Below are positions 27,501 to 42,800 of a stretch of 64,000 nucleotides of DNA, piece by piece. The first letter of the stretch is position 1. The number at the start of each line of letters is the position of its first letter. A model generated the notes under the pieces. The model was not told the DNA's origin, ran no database searches, and saw only the letters and a list, made by a program, of their open reading frames with translations. Source of the DNA: Eledone cirrhosa (lineage: Eukaryota). The stretch spans positions 173,972,001 to 174,036,000 of the forward strand of contig OZ024743.1 of the NCBI GenBank assembly GCA_964016885.1, given 5' to 3'. Both the position numbers and the translations under genes were made by a program.

Positions 27501-28650
27501 AGACACACACTCAGGGCTAGGGTATGAACCCTCTCTTAGTTGTCGTCCTCCAATACTAGACACACACTCAGGGCTAGGGTATGAACCCTCTATTAGTTGT
27601 CCTTCTCCAATACTACAGACACACACTCAGGGCTAGGGTATGAACCCTCTCTTAGTTGTCCTCCTCCAATACTACAGACACACACTCAGGGCTAGGGTAT
27701 GAACCCTCTCTTAGGTGTCCTCCTCCAATACTACAGACACACACTCAGAGCTAGGGTATGAACCCTCTCTTAGTTGTCCTCCTCCAATACTACAGACACA
27801 CACTCAGCGCTAGGGTATGAACCCTCTCTTAGGTGTCCTCCTCCAATACTAGACACACACTCAGGGCTAGGGTATGTACCCTCTCTTAGTTGTCATCCTC
27901 CAATACTAGACACACACTCAGGGCTAGGGTATGTACCCTCTCTTAGTTGTCTTCCTCCAATACTACAGACACACACTCAGGGCTAGGGTATGTACCCTCT
28001 CCTAGATGTCCTCCTCCAATACTACAGACACACACTCAGGGCTAGGGTATGAACCCTCTCTTAGTTGTCCTCCTCCAATACTACAGACACACACTCAGGG
28101 CTAGGGTATGAACCCTCTCTTAGTTGTCCTCCTCCAATACTACAGACACACACTCAGGGCTAGGGTATGTACCCTCTCCCAGTTGTTCTCCTCCAATACT
28201 ACAGACACACACTCAGGGCTAGGGTATGAACCCTCTCTTAGTTGTCCTCCTCCAATACTACAGACACACACTCAGGGCTAGGGTATGAACCCTCTCCTAG
28301 TTGTCCTCCTCCAATACTACAGACACACACTCAGGGCTAGGGTATGAACCCTCTCTTAGTTGTCCTCCTCCAATACTACAGACACACACTCAGGGCTAGG
28401 GTATGAACCCGCTCCTAGTTGTCCTCCTCCAATACTACAGACACACACTCAGGGCTAGGGTATGAACCCTCTCTTAGTTGTCCTCCTCCAATACTACAGA
28501 CACACACTCAGGGCTAGGGTATGAACCCTCTCTTAGTTGTCCTCCTCCAATACTACAGACACACACTCAGGGCTAGGGTATTAACCCTCTCTTAGTTGTC
28601 CTCCTCCAATACTACAGACACACACTCAGGGCTAGGGTATGAACCCTCTC
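15600..28650 (+). repeat. Tandem block duplication, period 6519 bp (111 monomers)
   Basis: Rare variants shared at offset 6519: TCTGAG 16142/22661, TAGTGT 18942/25461, ATATTAG 19272/25791, AGTACT 20211/26730, CGCTCCTAG 21891/28410. Four + strand ORF pairs have the same offset. Confidence 0.93.
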
Positions 28651-31600
28651 TTAGTTGTCCTCCTCCAATACTACAGACACACACTCAGGGCTAGGGTATT
28701 AACCCTCTCTTAGTTGTCCTCCTCCAATACTACAGACACACACTCAGGGCTAGGGTATGAACCCTCTCTTAGTTGTCCTCCTCCAATACTACAGACACAC
28801 ACTCAGGGCTAGGGTATGAACCCTCTTTTAGTTGTCCTCCTCCAATACTACAGACACACACTCAGGGCTAGGGTATGAACCCTCTATTAGTTGTCCTTCT
28901 CCAATACTACAGACACACACTCAGGGCTAGAGTATTAACCCTCTCTTAGTTGTCCTCCTCCAATACTACAGACACACTCAGGGCTAGGGTATGAACCCTC
29001 TCTTAGTTGTCCTCCTCCAATACTACAGACACACACTCAGGGCTAGGGTATGAACCCTCTCTTAGTTGTCCTCCTCCAATACTACAGACACACACTCAGG
29101 GCTAGGGTATTAACCCTCTCTTAGTTGTCCTCCTCCAATACTACAGACAGACACTCAGGGCTAGGGTATTAACCCTCTCTTAGTTGTCCTCCTCCAATAC
29201 TAGACACACACTCAGGGCTAGGGTATGAACCCTCTTGTAGTTGTCCTCCTCCAATACTACAGACACACACTCAGGGCTAGGGTATGAACCCTCTCTTAGT
29301 TGTCCTCCTCCAATACTACAGACACACACTCAGGGCTAGGGTATTAACCCTCTCTTAGTTGTCCTCCTCCAATACTACAGACACACACTCAGGGCTAGGG
29401 TATGAACCCTCTCTTAGTTGTCCTCCTCCAATACTACAGACACACACTCAGGGCTAGGGTATGAACCCTCTCTTAGTTGTCCTCCTCCAATACTACAGAC
29501 ACACACTCAGGGCTAGGGTATTAACCCTCTCTTAGTTGTCCTCCTCCAATACTACAGACACACACTCAGGGCTAAGGTATTAACCCTCTCTTAGTTGCCC
29601 TCCTCCAATACTAGACACACACTCAGGGCTAGGGTATGAACCCTCTTTTAGTTGTCCTCCTCCAATACTACAGACACACACTCAGGGCTAGGGTATGAAC
29701 CCTCTCTTAGTTGTCCTCCTCCAATACTACAGACACACACTCAGGGCTAGGGTATGTACCCTCTCCTAGTTGTCCTCCTCCAATACTACAGACACACACT
29801 CAGGGCTAGGGTATGAACCCTCTCTTAGTTGTCCTCCTCCAATACTACAGACACACATTCAGGGCTAGGGTATGACCCCTCTCTTAGTTGTCGTCCCCCA
29901 ATACTAGACACACACTCAGGGCTAGGGTATGAACCCTCTCTTAGTTGTCCTCCTCCAATACTACCGACACACACTCAGGGCTAGGGTATGAACCCTCTCT
30001 TAGTTGTCCTCCTCCAATACTACAGACACACACTCAGAGCTAGGGTATGAACCCTCTCTTAGTTGTCCTCCTCCAATACTACAGACACACACTCAGGGCT
30101 AGGGTATGAACCCTCTCTTAGGTGTCCTCCTCCAATACTAGACATACACTCAGGGCTAGGGTATGTACCCTCTCTTAGTTGTCGTCCTCCAATACTAGAC
30201 ACACACTCAGGGCTAGGGTATGTACCCTCTCTTAGTTGTCTTCCTCCAATACTACAGACACACACTCAGGGCTAGGGTATGTACCTTCTCCTAGTTGTCC
30301 TCCTCCAATACCTCAGACACACACTCTGGGCTAGGGTATGAACCCTCTCTTAGGTGTCCTCCTCCAATACTAGACACACACCCAGGGCTAGGGTATGTAC
30401 CCTCTCTTAGTTGTCGTCCTCCAATACTAGACACACACTCAGGGCAAGGGTATGTACCCTCTCTTAGTTGTCTTCCTCCAATACTACAGACACACACTCA
30501 GGGCTAGGGTATGTACCCTCTCTTAGTTGTCCTCCTCCAATACTACAGACACACACTCAGGGCTAGGGTATGAACGCTCTCCCAGTTGTCCTCCTCCAAT
30601 ACTACAGACACACACTCAGGGCTAGGGTATGAACGCTCTCCCAGTTGTCCTCCTCCAATACTACAGACACACACTCAGGGCTAGGGTATGAACCCTCTCC
30701 CAGTTGTCCTCCTCCAATACTACAGACACACACTCAGGGCTAGGGTATGTACCCTCTCTTAGTTGTCGTCTTCCAATACTACAGACACACACTCAGGGCT
30801 AGGGTATGAACGCTCTCCCAGTTGTCCTCTTCCAATACTACAGACACACACTCAGGGCTAGGGTATGAACGCTCTCCCAGTTGTCCTCCTCCAATACTAC
30901 AGACACACACTCAGGGCTAGGGTATGAACCCTCTCCCAGTTGTCCTCCTCCAATACTACAGACACACACTCAGGGCTAGGGTATGAACGCTCTCCCAGTT
31001 GTCCTCCTCCAATACTACAGACACACACTCAGGGCTAGGGTATGAACCCTCTCCCAGTTGTCCTCCTCCAATACTACAGACACACACTCAGGGCTAGGGT
31101 ATGAACCCTCTCCCAGTTGTCCTCCTCCAATACTACAGACACACACTCAGGGCTAGGGTATGTACCCTCTCTTAGTTGTCGTCTTCCAATACTACAGACA
31201 CACACTCAGGGCTAGGGTATGAACGCTCTCCCAGTTGTCCTCTTCCAATACTACAGACACACACTCAGGGCTAGGGTATGAATGCTCTCCCAGTTGTCCT
31301 CCTCCAATACTACAGACACACACTCAGGGCTAGGGTATGAACCCTCTCCCAGTTGTCCTCCTCCAATACTACAGACACACACTCAGGGCTAGGGTATGAA
31401 CGCTCTCCCAGTTGTCCTCCTCCAATACTACAGACACACACTCAGGGCTAGGGTATGAACCCTCTCTTAGTTGTCCTCCTCCAATACTACAGACACACAC
31501 TCAGGGCTAGGGTATGAACGCTCTCCTAGGTGTCCTCCTCCAATACTACAGACACACACTCAGGGCTAGGGTATGAACCCTCTCTTAGTTGTCCTCCTCC

Positions 31601-34600
31601 AATACTACAGACACACACTCAGGGCTAGGGTATGAACACTCTCTTAGGTGTCCTCCTCCAATACTACAGACACACACTCAGGGCTAGGGTATGAACCCTC
31701 TCTTAGTTGTCCTCCTCCAATACTATAGACACACACTCAGGGCTAGGGTATGTACCCTCTCCCAGATGTCCTCCTCCAATACTACAGACACACACTCAGG
31801 GCTAGGGTATGAACCCTCTCTTAGGTGTCCTCCTCCAATACTACAGACACACACTCAGGGCTAGGGTATGAACCCTCTGTTAGGTGTCCTCCTCCAATAC
31901 TAGACACACACTCAGGGCTAGGGTATGTACCCTCTCTTAGTTGTCTTCCTCCAATACTACAGACACACACTCAGGGCTAGGGTATGTACCCTCTCCCAGT
32001 TGTCCTCCTCCAATACTACAGACACACACTCAGGGCTAGGGTATGAACCCTCTCTTAGTTGTCCTCTTCCAATACTACAGACACACACTCAGGGCTAGGG
32101 TATGAACCCTCTCCTAGTTGTCCTCCTCCAATACTACAGACACACACTCAGGGCTAGGGTATGAACCCTCTCCCAGTTGTCCTCCTCCAATACTACAGAC
32201 ACACACTCAGGGCTAGGGTATGAACCCTCTCTTAGTTGTCCTCCTCCAATACTACAGACACACACTCAGGGCTAGGGTATGAACCCTCTCCCAGTTGTCC
32301 TCCTCCAATACTACAGACACACACTCAGGGCTAGGGTATGAACCCTCTCTTAGTTGTCCTCTTCCAATACTACAGACACACACTCAGGGCTAGGGTATGA
32401 ACCCTCTCCTAGTTGTCCTCCTCCAATACTAGACACACACTCAGGGCTAGGGTATGTACCCTCTCTTAGTTGTCGTCCTCCAATACTAGACACACACTCA
32501 GGGCAAGGGTATGTACCCTCTCTTAGTTGTCTTCCTCCAATACTACAGACACACACTCAGGGCTAGGGTATGTACCCTCTCTTAGTTGTCCTCCTCCAAT
32601 ACTACAGACACACACTCAGGGCTAGGGTATGAACGCTCTCCCAGTTGTCCTCCTCCAATACTACAGACACACACTCAGGGCTAGGGTATGAACGCTCTCC
32701 CAGTTGTCCTCCTCCAATACTACAGACACACACTCAGGGCTAGGGTATGAACCCTCTCCCAGTTGTCCTCCTCCAATACTACAGACACACACTCAGGGCT
32801 AGGGTATGTACCCTCTCTTAGTTGTCGTCTTCCAATACTACAGACACACACTCAGGGCTAGGGTATGAACGCTCTCCCAGTTGTCCTCTTCCAATACTAC
32901 AGACACACACTCAGGGCTAGGGTATGAACGCTCTCCCAGTTGTCCTCCTCCAATACTACAGACACACACTCAGGGCTAGGGTATGAACCCTCTCCCAGTT
33001 GTCCTCCTCCAATACTACAGACACACACTCAGGGCTAGGGTATGAACGCTCTCCCAGTTGTCCTCCTCCAATACTACAGACACACACTCAGGGCTAGGGT
33101 ATGTACCCTCTCTTAGTTGTCCTCTTCCAATACTACAGACACACACTCAGGGCTAGGGTATGAACGCTCTCCCAGTTGTCCTCCTCCAATACTACAGACA
33201 CACACTCAGGGCTAGGGTATGAACCCTCTCCTAGTTGTCCTCCTCCAATACTACAGACACACACTCTGGGCTAGGGTATTAACCCTCTCTTAGTTGTCCT
33301 CCTCCAATACTACAGACACACACTCAGGGCTAGGGTATGAACGCTCTCCCAGGTGTCCTCCTCCAATACTACAGACACACACTCAGGGCTAGGGTATGAA
33401 CCCTCTCTTAGTTGTCCTCCTCCAATACTACAGACACACACTCAGGGCTAGGGTATGTACCCTCTCTTAGTTGTCCTCCTCCAATACTACAGACACACAC
33501 TCAGGGCTAGAGTATGAACACTCTCTTAGGTGTCCTCCTCCAATACTATAGACACACACTCAGGGCTAGGGTATGTACCCTCTCCCAGATGTCCTCCTCC
33601 AATACTACAGACACACACTCAGGGCTAGGGTATGAACCCTCTCTTAGGTGTCCTCCTCCAATACTACAGACACACACTCAGGGCTAGGGTATGAACCCTC
33701 TCTTAGGTGTCCTCCTCCAATACTACAGACACACACTCAGGGCTAGGGTATGAACCCTCTCTTAGTTGTCCTCCTCCAATACTACAGACACACACTCAGG
33801 GCTAGGGTATGTACCCTCTCCCAGTTGTTCTCCTCCAATACTACAGACACACACTCAGGGCTATGGTATGAACCCTCTCTTAGTTGTCCTCCTCCAATAC
33901 TACAGACACACACTCAGGGCTAGGGTATGAACCCTCTCTTAGGTGTCCTCCTCCAATACTAGACACACACTCAGGGCTAGGGTATGTACCCTCTCTTAGT
34001 TGTCTTCCTCCAATACTACAGACACACACTCAGGGCTAGAGTATGTACCCTCTCCCAGTTGTCCTCCTCCAATACTACAGACACACACTCAGGGCTAGGG
34101 TATGAACCCTCTCTTAGTTGTCCTCTTCCAATACTACAGACACACACTCAGGGCTAGGGTATGAACCCTCTCCTAGTTGTCCTCCTCCAATACTACAGAC
34201 ACACACTCAGGGCTAGGGTATGAACCCTCTCCCAGTTGTCCTCCTCCAATACTACAGACACACACTCAGGGCTAGGGTATGAACCCTCTCTTAGTTGTCC
34301 TCCTCCAATACTACAGACACACACTCAGGGCTAGGGTATGAACCCTCTCCCAGTTGTCCTCCTCCAATACTACAGACACACACTCAGGGCTAGGGTATGA
34401 ACCCTCTCTTAGTTGTCCTCTTCCAATACTACAGACACACACTCAGGGCTAGGGTATGAACCCTCTCTTAATTGTCCCCCTCCAATACTACAGACACACA
34501 CTCAGGGCTAGGGTATGTACCCTCTCCCAGTTGTCCTCCTCCAATACTACAGACACACACTCAGGGCCAGGGTATGAACCCTCTCCTAGTTGTTCTCCAA

Positions 34601-37600
34601 TACTACAGACACACACTCAGGGCTAGGGTATGTACCCTCTCCCAGTTGTCCTCCTCCAATACTACAGACACACACTCAGGGCTAGGGTATGTACCCTCTC
34701 TTAGTTGTCCTCCTCCAATACTACAGACACACACTCAGGGCTAGGGTATGAACCCTCTCTTAGTTGTCCTCTTCCAATACTACAGACACACACTCAGGGC
34801 TAGGGTATGAACCCTCTCCTAGTTGTCCTCCTCCAATACTAGACACACACTCAGGGCTAGGGTATGTACCCTCTCTTAGTTGTCGTCCTCCAATACTACA
34901 GACACACACTCAGGGCTAGGGTATGTACCCTCTCTTAGTTGTCCTCCTCCAATACTACAGACACACACTCAGGGCTAGGGTATGAACGCTCTCCCAGTTG
35001 TCCTCCTCCAATACTACAGACACACACTCAGGGCTAGGGTATGTACCCTCTCTTAGTTGTCGTCTTCCAATACTACAGACACACACTCAGGGCTAGGGTA
35101 TGAACCCTCTCCCAGTTGTCCTCCTCCAATACTACAGACACACACTCAGGGCTAGGGTATGTACCCTCTCTTAGTTGTCGTCTTCCAATACTACAGACAC
35201 ACACTCAGGGCTAGGGTATGAACGCTCTCCCAGTTGTCCTCTTCCAATACTACAGACACACACTCAGGGCTAGGGTATGAACGCTCTCCCAGTTGTCCTC
35301 CTCCAATACTACAGACACACACTCAGGGCTAGGGTATGAACCCTCTCCCAGTTGTCCTCCTCCAATACTACAGACACACACTCAGGGCTAGGGTATGAAC
35401 GCTCTCCCAGTTGTCCTCCTCCAATACTACAGACACACACTCAGGGCTAGGGTATGTACCCTCTCTTAGTTGTCCTCTTCCAATACTACAGACACACACT
35501 CAGGGCTAGGGTATGAACGCTCTCCCAGTTGTCCTCCTCCAATACTACAGACACACACTCAGGGCTAGGGTATGAACCCTCTCCTAGTTGTCCTCCTCCA
35601 ATACTACAGACACACACTCTGGGCTAGGGTATGAACCCTCTCTTAGTTGTCCTCCTCCAATACTACAGACACACACTCAGGGCTAGCGTATGAACGCTCT
35701 CCTAGGTGTCCTCCTCCAATACTACAGACACACACTCAGGGCTAGGGTATGAACCCTCTCTTAGTTGTCCTCCTCCAATACTACAGACACACACTCAGGG
35801 CTAGGGTATGAACACTCTCTTAGGTGTCCTCCTCCAATACTACAGACACACACTCAGGGCTAGGGTATGAACCCTCTCTTAGTTGTCCTCCTCCAATACT
35901 ATAGACACACACTCAGGGCTAGGGTATGTACCCTCTCCCAGATGTCCTCCTCCAATACTACAGACACACACTCAGGGCTAGGGTATGAACCCTCTCTTAG
36001 GTGTCCTCCTCCAATACTACAGACACACACTCAGGGCTAGGGTATGAACCCTCTCTTAGGTGTCCTCCTCCAATACTACAGACACACACTCAGGGCTAGG
36101 GTATGAACCCTCTCTTAGTTGTCCTCCTCCAATACTACAGACACACACTCAGGGCTAGGGTATGTACCCTCTCCCAGTTGTTCTCCTCCAATACTACAGA
36201 CACACACTCAGGGCTAGGGTATGAACCCTCTCTTAGTTGTCCTCTTCCAATACTACAGACACACACTCAGGGCTAGGGTATGAACCCTCTCTTAATTGTC
36301 CCCCTCCAATACTACAGACACACACTCAGGGCTAGGGTATGTACCCTCTATCAGTTGTCCTCCTCCAATACTACAGACACACACTCAGGGCTAGGGTATG
36401 AACCCTCTCCTAGTTGTTCTCCTCCAATACTACAGACACACACTCAGGGCTAGGGTATGTACCCTCTCCCAGTTGTCCTCCTCCAATACTACAGACACAC
36501 ACTCAGGGCTAGGGTATGTACCCTCTCTTAGTTGTCCTCCTCCAATACTACAGACACACACTCAGGGCTAGGGTATGAACCCTCTCTTAGTTGTCCTCTT
36601 CCAATACTACAGACACACACTCAGGGCTAGGGTATGAACCCCCTCCTAGTTGTCCTCCTCCAATACTAGACACACACTCAGGTCTAGGGTATGTACCCTC
36701 TCTTAGTTGTCGTCCTCCAATACTAGACACACACTCAGGGCAAGGGTATGTACCCTCTCTTAGTTGTCTTCCTCCAATACTACAGACACACACTCAGGGC
36801 TAGGGTATGTACCCTCTCTTAGTTGTCCTCCTCCAATACTACAGACACACACTCAGGGCTAGGGTATGAACGCTCTCCCAGTTGTCCTCCTCCAATACTA
36901 CAGACACACACTCAGGGCTAGGGTATGAACGCTCTCCCAGTTGTCCTCCTCCAATACTACAGACACACACTCAGGGCTAGGCTTTGAACCCTCTCCCAGT
37001 TGTCCTCCTCCAATACTACAGACACACACTCAGGGCTAGGGTATGTACCCTCTCTTAGTTGTCGTCTTCCAATACTACAGACACACACTCAGGCCTAGGG
37101 TATGAACGCTCTCCCAGTTGTCCTCTTCCAATACTACAGACACACACTCAGGGCTAGGGTATGAACGCTCTCCCAGTTGTCCTCCTCCAATACTACAGAC
37201 ACACACTCAGGGCTAGGGTATGAACCCTCTCCCAGTTGTCCTCCTCCAATACTACAGACACACACTCAGGGCTAGGGTATGTTCCCTCTCTTAGTTGTCC
37301 TCTTCCAATACTACAGACACACACTCAGGGCTAGGGTATGAACGCTCTCCCAGTTGTCCTCCTCCAATACTACAGACACACACTCAGGGCTAGGGTATGA
37401 ACCCTCTCCTAGTTGTCCTCCTCCAATACTACAGACACACACTCTGGGCTAGGGTATGAACCCTCTCTTAGTTGTCCTCCTCCAATACTACAGACACACA
37501 CTCAGGGCTAGGGTATGAACGCTCTCCTAGGTGTCCTCCTCCAATACTACAGACACACACTCAGGGCTAGGGTATGAACCCTCTCTTAGTTGTCCTCCTC

Positions 37601-39899
37601 CAATACTACAGACACACACTCAGGGCTAGGGTATGAACCCTCTCTTAGGTGTCCTCCTCCAATACTACAGACACACACTCAGGGCTAGGGTATGAACCCT
37701 CTCTTAGTTGTCCTCCTCCAATACTATAGACACACACTCAGGGCTAGGGTATGTACCCTCTCCCAGATGTCCTCCTCCAATACTACAGACACACACTCAG
37801 GGCTAGGGTATGAACCCTCTCTTAGTTGTCCTCTTCCAATACTACAGACACACACTCAGGGCTAGGGTATGAACCCTCTCCTAGTTGTCCTCCTCCAATA
37901 CTACAGACACACACTCAGGGCTAGGGTATGAACCCTCTCCTAGTTGTCCTCCAATACTACAGACACACACTCAGGGCTAGGGTATGAACCCTCTCCCAGT
38001 TGTCCTCCTCCAATACTACAGACACACACTCAGGTCTAGGGTATGAACCCTCTCTTAGTTGTCCTCCTCCAATACTACAGACACACACTCAGGGCTAGGG
38101 TATGAACCCTCTCTTAATTGTCCTCCTCCAATACTACAGACACACACTCAGGGCTAGGGTATGAACCCTCTCCCAGTTGTCCTCTTCCAATACTACAGAC
38201 ACACACTCAGGGCTAGGGTATGAACCCTCTCCTAGTTGTCCTCCTCCAATACTAGACACACACTCAGGGCTAGGGTATGTACCCTCTCTTAGTTGTCGTC
38301 CTCCAATACTAGACACACACTCAGGGCAAGGGTATGTACCCTCTCTTAGTTGTCTTCCTCCAATACTACAGACACACACTCAGGGCTAGGGTATGTACCC
38401 TCTCTTAGTTGTCCTCCTCCAATACTACAGACACACACTCAGGGCTAGGGTATGAACGCTCTCCCAGTTGTCCTCCTCCAATACTACAGACACACACTCA
38501 GGGCTAGGGTATGAACCCTCTCCCAGTTGTCCTCCTCCAATACTACAGACACACACTCAGGGCTAGGGTATGTACCCTCTCTTAGTTGTCGTCTTCCAAT
38601 ACTACAGACACACACTCAGGGCTAGGGTATGAACGCTCTCCCAGTTGTCCTCTTCCAATACTACAGACACACACTCAGGGCTAGGGTATGAACGCTCTCC
38701 CAGTTGTCCTCCTCCAATACTACAGACACACACTCAGGGCTAGGGTATGAACCCTCTCCCAGTTGTCCTCCTCCAATACTACAGACACACACTCAGGGCT
38801 AGGGTATGAACGCTCTCCCAGTTGTCCTCCTCCAATACTACAGACACACACTCAGGGCTAGGGTATGTACCCTCTCTTAGTTGTCCTCTTCCAATACTAC
38901 AGACACACACTCAGGGCTAGGGTATGAACGCTCTCCCAGTTGTCCTCCTCCAATACTACAGACACACACTCAGGGCTAGGGTATGAACCCTCTCCTAGTT
39001 GTCCTCCTCCAATACTACAGACACACACTCTGGGCTAGGGTATGAACCCTCTCTTAGTTGTCCTCCTCCAATACTACAGACACGCACTCAGGGCTAGGGT
39101 ATGAACGCTCTCCTAGGTGTCCTCCTCCAATACTACAGACACACACTCAGGGCTAGGGTATGAACCCTCTCCTAGTTGTCCTCCTCCAATACTACAGACA
39201 CACACTCAGGGCTAGGGTATGAACCCTCTCTTAGTTGTCCTCCTCCAATACTACAGACACACACTCAGGGCTAGGGTATGAACCCTCTCCTAGTTGTCCT
39301 CCTCCAATACTACAGACACACACCCAGGGCTAGGGTATGAACCCTCTCTTAGTTGTCCTCCTCCAATACTACAGACACACACTCAGGGCTAGGGTATTAA
39401 CCCTCTCTTTGTTGTCCTCCTCCAATACTACAGACACACACTCAGGGCTAGGGTATGAACCCTCTCCCAGTTGTCCTCCTCCAATACTACAGACACACAC
39501 TCAGGGCTAGGGTATGAACCCTCTCTTAGTTGTCCTCCTCCAATACTACAGACACACACTCAGGGCTAGAGTATGAACACTCTCTTAGGTGTCCTCCTCC
39601 AATACTATAGACACACACTCAGGGCTAGGGTATGAACCCTCTCTTAGTTGTCCTCCTCCAATACTACAGACACACACTCAGGGCTAGGGTATGTACCCTC
39701 TCCCAGTTGTTCTCCTCCAATACTACAGACACACACTCAGGGCTAGGGTATGAACCCTCTCTTAGGTGTCCTCCTCCAATACTAGACACACACTCAGGGC
39801 TAGGGTATGTACCCTCTCTTAGTTGTCTTCCTCCAATACTACAGACACACACTCAGAGCTAGAGTATGTACCCTCTCCCAGTTGTCCTCCTCCAATACT

Positions 39900-42800
39900 A
39901 CAGACACACACTCAGGGCTAGGGTATGAACCCTCTCTTAGTTGTCCTCTTCCAATACTACAGACACACACTCAGAGCTAGGGTATGAACCCTCTCCTAGT
40001 TGTCCTCCTCCAATACTACAGACACACACTCAGGGCTAGGGTATGAACCCTCTCCCAGTTGTCCTCCTCCAATACTACAGACACACACTCAGGGCTAGGG
40101 TATGAACCCTCTCTTAGTTGTCCTCCTCCAATACTACAGACACACACTCAGGGCTAGGGTATGAACCCTCTCCCAGTTGTCCTCCTCCAATACTACAGAC
40201 ACACACTCAGGGCTAGGGTATGAACCCTCTCTTAGTTGTCCTCTTCCAATACTTCAGACACACACTCAGGGCTAGGGTATGAACCCTCTCTTAATTGTCC
40301 CCCTCCAATACTACAGACACACACTCAGGGCTAGGGTATGTACCCTCTCCCAGTTGTCCTCCTCCAATACTACAGACACACACTCAGGGCTAGGGTATGA
40401 ACCCTCTCCTAGTTGTTCTCCTCCAATACTACAGACACACACTCAGGGCTAGGGTATGTACCCTCTCCCAGTTGTCCTCCTCCAATACTACAGACACACA
40501 CTCAGGGCTAGGGTATGTACCCTCTCTTAGTTGTCCTCCTCCGATACTACAGACACACACTCAGGGCTAGGGTATGAACCCTCTCTTAGTTGTCCTCTTC
40601 CAATACTACAGACACACACTCAGGGCTAGGGTATGAACCCTCTCCTAGTTGTCCTCCTCCAATACTAGACACACACTCAGGGCTAGGGTATGTACCCTCT
40701 CTTAGTTGTCGTCCTCCAATACTAGACACACACTCAGGGCAAGGGTATGTACCCTCTCTTAGTTGTCTTCCTCCAATACTACAGACACACACTCAGGGCT
40801 AGGGTATGTACCCTCTCCCAGTTGTCCTCCTCCAATACTACAGACACACACTCAGGGCTAGGGTATGTACCCTCTCTTAGTTGTCCTCCTCCAATACTAC
40901 AGACACACACTCAGGGCTAGGGTATGAACGCTCTCCCAGTTGTCCTCCTCCAATACTACAGACACACACTCAGGGCTAGGGTATGAACCCTCTCCCAGTT
41001 GTCCTCCTCTAATACTACAGACACACACTCAGGGCTAGGGTATGTACCCTCTCTTAGTTGTCGTCTTCCAATACTACAGACACACACTCAGGGCTAGGGT
41101 ATGAACGCTCTCCCAGTTGTCCTCTTCCAATACTACAGACACACACTCAGGGCTAGGGTATGAACGCTCTCCCAGTTGTCCTCCTCCAATACTACAGACA
41201 CACACTCAGGGCTAGGGTATGAACCCTCTCCCAGTTGTCCTCCTCCAATACTACAGACACACACTCAGGGCTAGGGTATGAACGCTCTCCCAGTTGTCCT
41301 CCTCCAATACTACAGACACACACTCAGGGCTAGGGTATGTACCCTCTCTTAGTTGTCCTCTTCCAATACTACAGACACACACTCAGGGCTAGGGTATGAA
41401 CGCTCTCCCAGTTGTCCTCCTCCAATACTACAGACACACACTCAGGGCTAGGGTATGAACCCTCTCCTAGTTGTCCTCCTCCAATACTACAGACACACAC
41501 TCTGGGCTAGGGTATGAACCCTCTCTTAGTTGTCCTCCTCCAATACTACAGACACACACTCAGGGCTAGGGTATGAACGCTCTCCTAGGTGTCCTCCTCC
41601 AATACTACAGACACACACTCAGGGCTAGGGTATGAACCCTCTCTTAGTTGTCCTCCTCCAATACTACAGACACACACTCAGGGCTAGGGTATGAACACTC
41701 TCTTAGGTGTCCTCCTCCAATACTACAGACACACACTCAGGGCTAGGGTATGAACCCTCTCTTAGTTGTCCTCCTCCAATACTATAGACAAACACTCAGG
41801 GCTAGGGTATGTACCCTCTCCCAGATGTCCTCCTCCAATACTACAGACACACACTCAGGGCTAGGGTATGAACCCTCTCTTAGGTGTCCTCCTCCAATAC
41901 TACAGACACACACTCAGGGCTAGGGTATGAACCCTCTCTTAGGTGTCCTCCTCCAATACTACAGACACACACTCAGGGCTAGGGTATGAACCCTCTCTTA
42001 GTTGTCCTCCTCCAATACTACAGACACACACTCAGGGCTAGGGTATGTACCCTCTCCCAGTTGTTCTCCTCCAATACTACAGACACACACTCAGGGCTAG
42101 GGTATGAACCCTCTCTTAGTTGTCCTCTTCCAATACTACAGACACACACTCAGGGCTAGGGTATGAACCCTCTCTTAATTGTCCCCCTCCAATACTACAG
42201 ACACACACTCAGGGCTAGGGTATGTACCCTCTCCCAGTTGTCCTCCTCCAATACTACAGACACACACTCAGGGCTAGGGTATGAACCCTCTCTTAGTTGT
42301 CCTCTTCCAATACTACAGACACACACTCAGGGCTAGGGTATGAACCCTCTCCTAGTTGTCCTCCTCCAATACTACAGACACACACTCAGGGCTAGGGTAT
42401 GAACCCTCTCCCAGTTGTCCTCCTCCAATACTACAGACACACACTCAGGGCTAGGGTATGAACCCTCTCTTAGTTGTCCTCCTCCAATACTACAGACACA
42501 CACTCAGGGCTAGGGTATGAACCCTCTCCCAGTTGTCCTCCTCCAATACTACAGACACACACTCAGGGCTAGGGTATGAACCCTCTCTTAGTTGTCCTCT
42601 TCCAATACTACAGACACACACTCAGGGCTAGGGTATGAACCCTCTCTTAATTGTCCCCCTCCAATACTACAGACACACACTCAGGGCTAGGGTATGTACC
42701 CTCTCCCAGTTGTCCTCCTCCAATACTACAGACACACACTCAGGGCTAGGGTATGAACCCTCTCCTAGTTGTTCTCCTCCAATACTACAGACACACACTC

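Larger units (their letters stand above)
1..30500 (+). repeat. Variant domain A of the array
   Basis: Rich in TATTAACCC, CTCTTTTAG and the linked pair CTCTATTAGTTGTCCTTC/CTAGAGTATT. AACGCT/CCCAG monomers are largely confined to short cassettes (~8.8-9.4, 17.1-17.7, 23.6-24.2 kb). Confidence 0.85.
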
